Positions 61,164 through 63,747 of a stretch of 63,747 bases of DNA are shown here, piece after piece; positions within the stretch are counted from its first letter, which is position 1; each line of letters starts with the position of its first letter. Source of the stretch: Pseudogracilibacillus sp. (lineage in GTDB: Bacteria > Bacillota > Bacilli > Bacillales > Amphibacillaceae); the NCBI GenBank assembly GCA_051918525.1, contig JBPPZI010000002.1:18205-81951 (forward strand), in the 5' to 3' direction. The translations under genes were made by a program, and so were the position numbers. The notes under the pieces were generated by a model, which worked only from the letters and a program-made list of their open reading frames with translations, ran no database searches and had not been told where the DNA came from.

Positions 61164-61851
61164 CCTTTTGGCTTCTTATCCAATTTGCTTCCGCCTCTGT
61201 AATTCGCATATAATTTGGACTAACTAAATGCACTGGTGTTTCTTTTTTTTGTTTAGCTAATATAAATAAATTAGACGGTTTAGGAAGGTGATACACATTT
61301 TCCGGTATAATAGCATTTTTTCCTATTGTTATAACGATCATTTCTTTAAATGGATCCAATTGGGCGCTTAAGAACATGACTTCACTATTCAGCTGTTTAA
61401 GCTCATCTAGCCAGGCTTCCATTGATTCATTACGCTCTTGTTTTATTGTTTGTAATTTATTATGATTCCATTGATATAAACCAGTAAAGACAGTCTTTCT
61501 GCGCGCATCAAAAAACGGACAAATATACCCTCCATAAAAACGGGCATTAGCAGCAACGACTTCTAAACTAGATACAGTATAGATAGGAATATTTAATGCC
61601 CAAGCTAATGTTTTTGCGGTGGTAACCCCGATTCTAGTCCCCGTATAAGAGCCCGGACCATAAGCAACAATAATTTCATTTAATTCATTCGGCTTCATTT
61701 CTACTTCTTTCATCAAGTTTACAATTGCTGGCATTAATCGACTTGAATGATCTTTTTTTATATTTGTATTTAATTCTGCTACTATCGTTTCATTTTTCAT
61801 AATTGCTAATCCTAATACTTGGTTAGAAGTATCGATTGCTAAAATGTTCAT
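61144..61851 (-). CDS. tsaB: tRNA threonylcarbamoyladenosine biosynthesis protein TsaB
   Basis: LAIDTS, GPGSYTG.RIG, DARR. Confidence 0.95.
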   Translation of the reverse strand: MNILAIDTSNQVLGLAIMKNETIVAELNTNIKKDHSSRLMPAIVNLMKEVEMKPNELNEIIVAYGPGSYTGTRIGVTTAKTLAWALNIPIYTVSSLEVVAANARFYGGYICPFFDARRKTVFTGLYQWNHNKLQTIKQERNESMEAWLDELKQLNSEVMFLSAQLDPFKEMIVITIGKNAIIPENVYHLPKPSNLFILAKQKKETPVHLVSPNYMRITEAEANWIRSQKDDYQHG

Positions 61852-61873
61852 TGAAATTCCCCTTATTGATCAG

Positions 61874-62347
61874 TTAATTGCTATTATTATAATATTCCCT
61901 AAGTTGAAGAACGACATTTTCAAATCGCTTTCCTTTAGGTATCAATGTCAATTTACGTTTATCCATATTGATATGTTCAATTTTCACCATCAATCGCTCT
62001 TTGGGAAGATAATCTGTTATAAAACTTGCCCATTCTATAACACTAACACCGTCACCGAAAAAATATTCATCAAATCCAATATCCTCATCAGAATGCTCAA
62101 GTCGATAAACATCCATATGGTAAAGAGGAATTTCGCCATCATATTCTTTTATAATTGTAAAAGTCGGGCTTGTTACTGCTCGTTTAACCCCTAGTCCTTC
62201 CGCAATTCCTTTCGTAAAAGTCGTCTTCCCTGCCCCAAGATCTCCTTCTAACGTAATAACATCGCCACGTTCAAGTAAAGATGCAAGATAAGTTCCGATT
62301 TTTTTCGTTTCATTGTCAGTATCTGTTATCTGCTCAAATTCGATCAT
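61874..62347 (-). CDS. tsaE: tRNA threonylcarbamoyladenosine biosynthesis ATPase TsaE
   Basis: GDLGAGKT, SPTF, H.DVYRL, IEW. Confidence 0.96.
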   Translation of the reverse strand: MIEFEQITDTDNETKKIGTYLASLLERGDVITLEGDLGAGKTTFTKGIAEGLGVKRAVTSPTFTIIKEYDGEIPLYHMDVYRLEHSDEDIGFDEYFFGDGVSVIEWASFITDYLPKERLMVKIEHINMDKRKLTLIPKGKRFENVVLQLREYYNNSN

Positions 62348-63322
62348 TTATTCACCAACTTTGTGGATGTAACCACGTTTTTCTAGTGTATGAATTTTAT
62401 TTCCTTTTTTTACAAAAACTTGTCCAATTGAGTTTTTATTATCGTGTACAGTTCCGATTTCGGTTACCGGTACATCTGTTTTTGAGGCAATTTCTTGAAC
62501 TTTTCCCCAATCTTTAGAAGGAACCGTTCCAACTAATTCAAAATCTTCACCACCAAAATACTTCCATTCAAATTGCTTCGTCTTAGAAAAATGTTCAAAA
62601 TTAGGACTAGTTGGTATTTTATTGTCATCGATTGTAATCGATACTTTTGAATCATTAGCAATTTCTCTTAATTCATTAGCAATTCCGTCACTAATATCAT
62701 TTAACGAAATCCGTTCAATAGACTGTAATGACTTGGAAAAGTCCACTCTTGGCGATGGCATTCTATGGCGTTGAATAAACTTTTCATACTCTTTACGATG
62801 TAGATCATTACGAAGAACATACAGTCCAACTTGTGAATCCCCCAGTGTTCCAGTTACAAAAACAATATCTTTATGTTTAGCATCACTACGATAACGAGCT
62901 TTTCCAATGGGAACTTGTCCGATTATTGTTATCGTTATCGATAATTCATTACCCGAAACAGTATCTCCACCGATTAAATCCATCTTAAATTCATTAGCAA
63001 TAGTTTTCATTCCATCATAAATTTGAGCCAATACATTTTTCGCCGTCCTCTTTGGAATAACGATTGCAACAAGGTAAAATTTAGGTTCCGCCCCCATTGC
63101 CGCTATATCACTAATATTAGCTGCCAATGCTCGATAACCAATATGGAAAGGTTCCATCGTCTGCTTTGTAAAATGTACCCCTTCGACAAAAGTATCTACT
63201 GCTGTAACAATGTCTGAATTCGTTGAACGTAAAACCGCAGCATCATCACCAATTCCTTTAATAACCGCTGACTGATTATATGACTTTTGCTTAATTGAAT
63301 CAATAAATTGGAATTCATCCAT
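62348..63322 (-). CDS. thiL: Thiamine-monophosphate kinase
   Basis: GIGDDAA, N.SDIAAMG, GGDT, DISDG, GGEDFEL. Confidence 0.96.
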   Translation of the reverse strand: MDEFQFIDSIKQKSYNQSAVIKGIGDDAAVLRSTNSDIVTAVDTFVEGVHFTKQTMEPFHIGYRALAANISDIAAMGAEPKFYLVAIVIPKRTAKNVLAQIYDGMKTIANEFKMDLIGGDTVSGNELSITITIIGQVPIGKARYRSDAKHKDIVFVTGTLGDSQVGLYVLRNDLHRKEYEKFIQRHRMPSPRVDFSKSLQSIERISLNDISDGIANELREIANDSKVSITIDDNKIPTSPNFEHFSKTKQFEWKYFGGEDFELVGTVPSKDWGKVQEIASKTDVPVTEIGTVHDNKNSIGQVFVKKGNKIHTLEKRGYIHKVGE

Positions 63323-63470
63323 GAATAAAAAAACACCTTTCGCGAGTTTTCATGTAACCGTATTTTCTCATTTATTCATATTTATTTCAATTTTAAAATG
63401 CATTATCCTATTTTTTAATTTTAAACATAAAAAAATACATGTTTTCATAACATGTATAGCTTTAACATAA

Positions 63471-63547
63471 TGGCGATCCGGACGGGACTCGAACCCGCGA
63501 CCTCCAGCGTGACAGGCTGGCATTCTAACCAACTGAACTACCGGACC
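63471..63547 (-). tRNA. tRNA-Asp (GTC)
   Basis: GGTCCGGTAGTTCAGTTGG...CTGTCAC...TTCGAGTCCC...CCA; 77 nt, encoded CCA. Confidence 0.97.
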
Positions 63548-63647
63548 TTTATATTTAATCTTTTTAATGTAATCTAGTACTAGTAATTAATATTAATTGG
63601 ATACATTGATAATTTTTGTTGCACTAAAGTACAACAAATTAATATAT

Positions 63648-63725
<78 letters not shown>

Positions 63726-63747
63726 ATATGAAAAAATATTTATTTAA

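Noticed and set aside
2394-63217. Many 60-140 aa ORFs antisense to or overlapping conserved genes
   Set aside because: Shadow ORFs of well-supported genes with no recognisable motifs

Overview
AT-rich chromosomal segment of an endospore-forming Bacillaceae (Oceanobacillus/Virgibacillus/Pseudogracilibacillus-like; this assignment is inferred from gene content). Almost all genes are on the minus strand. Positions 410-54036 are the conserved block known from Bacillus subtilis: ypjA, qcrABC, ypiABF, the aro/tyrA/hisC supra-operon (no trp genes), cheR, ndk, hepST-menG (no mtrAB), hbs, spoIVA, gpsA-der, rpsA-cmk, sleB-ypeB, ypdA, gudB, recS, resABCDE, rluB and dacB-spmAB. Across a dispersed repeat at about 54.1-54.6 kb this block is joined to one that lies far away in B. 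subtilis (rex-moaC-ydiF-tsaD-rimI-tsaB-tsaE-thiL-tRNA-Asp-tRNA-fMet). Accessory items are a small island (amidinotransferase, LOG, MazG-like, IS21 remnant, MITE), a cobalamin riboswitch controlling a DUF4430 lipoprotein and an ECF S component, ddl, and a rodA/ftsW gene beside a DnaA-box cluster. The most unusual signal is non-coding. There are three families of structured intergenic repeats (5+3+2 copies). They carry tiny nested insertions (58 and 42 nt) with covarying or pseudoknot-like folds, placed without target duplication between tandem triplets. One family has an internal cassette in both orientations, and another always sits at terminator U-tracts. All calls come from reading the sequence; no database search was run.
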